Positions 61,660 to 64,000 of a stretch of 64,000 nt of DNA are shown here, piece after piece. The stretch's first letter is position 1. The number at the start of each line of letters is the position of its first letter. Below the pieces are notes generated by a model, which saw nothing but the letters and a program-made list of their open reading frames with translations, did not search any database and was not told the DNA's origin. Position numbers and translations under genes: made by a program. The DNA is from an uncultured Acidobacteriota bacterium (GTDB lineage Bacteria; Acidobacteriota; Terriglobia; UBA7540), in contig CAWDSK010000003.1 in the NCBI GenBank assembly GCA_963804995.1, positions 1,184,001 through 1,248,000 on the forward strand, given 5' to 3'.

Positions 61660-64000
61660 TCAGAACATCAATTTCAAAGCCACCTGGCAGATGCGCGGAT
61701 TGTAGGCATTGGTCACATAGCCGAACAATCCGCTGCTGATGTTTCCCACCGGATTGGTAAACTGCGCGTGGTTGGCGAGATTGAAGGCCTCAAACCGGAA
61801 CTGCACCACCTTCGATTCCGTGATTTTGGTATCTTTCAACAGGGCGAAGTCCCAATTGTTGAGCCCAGGCCCATGGAAGAAGCGCCGGGCCGCCGTCCCC
61901 TCTTGTCCGATGGCTTCCGGGCTGAAGAGAGAGGTATTAAAGTATGCTTGTCCTGAGCGTGGATTATTGTACTGGAGATTACCAGGTGTGTAATTGGGAA
62001 CGTCGAGCGGGTTGCCGCCAAACGAGCCGATCAGCGAATTGTCATCGCTCTCCGACATCGGAACGGCGAGACCGGTGGTAAACCGGGTAATACCCGTTAC
62101 TGTCCAGCCGCTCGTGGCGCGGTGCGCTCCAAAGAAACGGCTGAACGGAAGCTCATAGCGGTAGCTCGCCACGAAGTTCTGGGTCATGTCAAAGGCGGAG
62201 AGCACCCGCTGCAAATGATTGTTGTAAGGATTGAGGTCGTCTTCGTAACTCGAACCCTCGTCGATCGATTTACTGTACGTGTACCCAGCCAGAACTTCCA
62301 AGGGTCCGCTGGTATGGCGGAGCGTAACCTCGAGGGCGTTGTAGGCTGAGGTTCCTATGGTTATAAAATACTGATTACTACTAAAGTTAGGACCAAAAGG
62401 AGCGCGGGTGCTGTTAATCACGGTTCCGCCCGCCGTCGTATACACGCCGTTTTCAGCAAAAGGCCCGCAGGTTGCGCCCCCTGGTATGACTTGACTGGCC
62501 TGGCTGACGCTCAAACACAATCCCGGATTGCCCGGGTTGGACTCCTCCGCGGTAAGCAGCGCGTGGCCCTGCGTGCCCACGTAGGAAATGCTGAGAATGC
62601 TGTCCCTACCCATCTGCCGTTGCAGGGAGAAACTATAGTCTTCAGCGTATGGCACGCGGTTCCCATGGAACCAGGTGGGCGAACCCCCGATAGGCAGGAA
62701 GTGTGACCAGTCAACGTTGTTATCGGGATTGCTGACAGAAACGTTGACGGGCGGAAGCGCGATGGGAAAACGTTGACCCTCATTAAAGCCTGTCGACCGG
62801 TCAATGAAGGGGGTGGTAAACAGCGGAGGGGTGGGGCTGGCCCAGAAGTAACCGAAAGGAGCATCACCTGAAATATTGCCTTGCGAGGCGCCTTCGAAGG
62901 CCGTGAAGAAAACCCCAAAACCCGCGCGAATACTTGTCTTGCCGGGCCCCCCCAGCACGTGGCCGAGGAATCCGCCCGAGGCGCTAGGAGAGTAGGCAAG
63001 GCCCACACGCGGGGAAAAGTCGTGATAGTGGGTCGGCGCGATGGTTTTGGGAACCCCCGGATCTTCCGGGAAGACCCACCCCATGGGTGCGCCGGGGAAC
63101 TTCTTCGATTGCTGCCCTACCTCGAGGGCCTCAAGCTCATCCCTCTTTTCATACCAGGGCATCGTGACATCCCAGCGCAGCCCGTAATTGAGCGTCAGGT
63201 TGGATTTCACGCGCCAACTGTCCTGGGCGAACACGGCGCCATAGCGCGTTTCGGTATACAACGGCTCCTGAGCTCCCTGGTCGTAATAAGCGGGAGCGCC
63301 GAGCAGAAAATCGGCAAAGTCGCTTCCCGTCTCCACCCCCGAGAATCCGAACGTGCCGTTCCGGACGCCTTGTCCCCGGATGGTGGACTGATCGAAGTGG
63401 AAAGTGCCGCCCAGCTTGAGGGTGTGCGTTCCTTTCACTTTCGAGAAGTTGTCCAGGGCTTGATAAATGTTGGCGTAATTGTGCCCCGGGTAGGCAGGCA
63501 CTCCGATAGAAAAATTATTGAAGCCGATGGGAGGAACGCCCTGAAGCTCCGGGTTTTGCACCACAATCCCCGATGTACTCGCGCCCGTGACGAATCCCAA
63601 CGAACTCAAAGTCACTCCCAGCCCGCCGCTGGGCTTATCATTGGCCAGGCTCTCCCGCATGAAATTTATGCGGGCCTCATTGACCATGGAGCCACCCAAG
63701 GTCTTGGTATCGCTGAGGTTGAACATTTGGGACCGTCCCAGGTTGATGTCGTTGAACCCTGGCACGCTCGCCGTGGCATAGGGACTGATTTGCGAGTAGT
63801 CGTCCATGAAATAGTAGCCCCCGATCGAGCCAAAGCGGCTGTTCAAGTCAATCCGGACGCCACCCTTGTCGTCCCGTATCCTTCCGTTATCCGAGGAGGT
63901 TGAGAAGTAGGCTCCATTATTTGGCACCGGGATATAGGGCAGAAGGTTCGTGGAGGGAGTGGTGAAAGCCCCGCTGGGAATGATGCCATTGGGGAATACG
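61660..64000 (-). CDS. Oar-type TonB-dependent receptor, 5'-partial
   Basis: Frame is open to the window end. QDSWR, LNYGLRWD, FSPRVGLAY, QFRFEAFN and a C-terminal QVALKLMF. Confidence 0.9.
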   Translation of the reverse strand, partial: VFPNGIIPSGAFTTPSTNLLPYIPVPNNGAYFSTSSDNGRIRDDKGGVRIDLNSRFGSIGGYYFMDDYSQISPYATASVPGFNDINLGRSQMFNLSDTKTLGGSMVNEARINFMRESLANDKPSGGLGVTLSSLGFVTGASTSGIVVQNPELQGVPPIGFNNFSIGVPAYPGHNYANIYQALDNFSKVKGTHTLKLGGTFHFDQSTIRGQGVRNGTFGFSGVETGSDFADFLLGAPAYYDQGAQEPLYTETRYGAVFAQDSWRVKSNLTLNYGLRWDVTMPWYEKRDELEALEVGQQSKKFPGAPMGWVFPEDPGVPKTIAPTHYHDFSPRVGLAYSPSASGGFLGHVLGGPGKTSIRAGFGVFFTAFEGASQGNISGDAPFGYFWASPTPPLFTTPFIDRSTGFNEGQRFPIALPPVNVSVSNPDNNVDWSHFLPIGGSPTWFHGNRVPYAEDYSFSLQRQMGRDSILSISYVGTQGHALLTAEESNPGNPGLCLSVSQASQVIPGGATCGPFAENGVYTTAGGTVINSTRAPFGPNFSSNQYFITIGTSAYNALEVTLRHTSGPLEVLAGYTYSKSIDEGSSYEDDLNPYNNHLQRVLSAFDMTQNFVASYRYELPFSRFFGAHRATSGWTVTGITRFTTGLAVPMSESDDNSLIGSFGGNPLDVPNYTPGNLQYNNPRSGQAYFNTSLFSPEAIGQEGTAARRFFHGPGLNNWDFALLKDTKITESKVVQFRFEAFNLANHAQFTNPVGNISSGLFGYVTNAYNPRICQVALKLMF

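Overview
GC-rich bacterial DNA, most consistent with Acidobacteriota (Terriglobia); this is inferred from the Oar-type TonB-dependent receptors and overall gene style. 1-6.3 kb: secreted glycan-active and hypothetical proteins. 6.4-37.4 kb: a large surface-glycan locus with six GT-C-type polytopic membrane proteins, a DPM-synthase-like GT2, an ABC-2 pair, a sulfatase-fold protein with Thr at the nucleophile position, two SAM methyltransferases, two GT2-CE4 deacetylase fusions, further GT2/GT4 enzymes, an epimerase, gmhA and a priming sugar transferase. 37.9-51.2 kb: a hemD-hemE fusion, a SnoaL-TusA/DsrE pair, a split PEP-synthase-family phosphotransferase whose ATP-grasp subunit carries a cNMP-binding domain, an RRM protein, glnE and a TPR protein. 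51.3-53.5 kb: an AT-richer island with an IS1595-like relic and a type II R-M pair. 53.6-64 kb: TonB receptors, two ceramidase-like paralogs and an SDR. Nine genes are interrupted. Six of the breaks can be repaired by restoring the same hexamer, GTCGAG (read as GTTGAG or GTTCGAG), which suggests a DNA-modification footprint in long-read base calls rather than true pseudogenes. Intergenic regions hold several nested MITE/REP-like palindromic elements. No rRNA, tRNA or CRISPR array was recognised. All product calls come from motif recognition by eye; no database searches were run.
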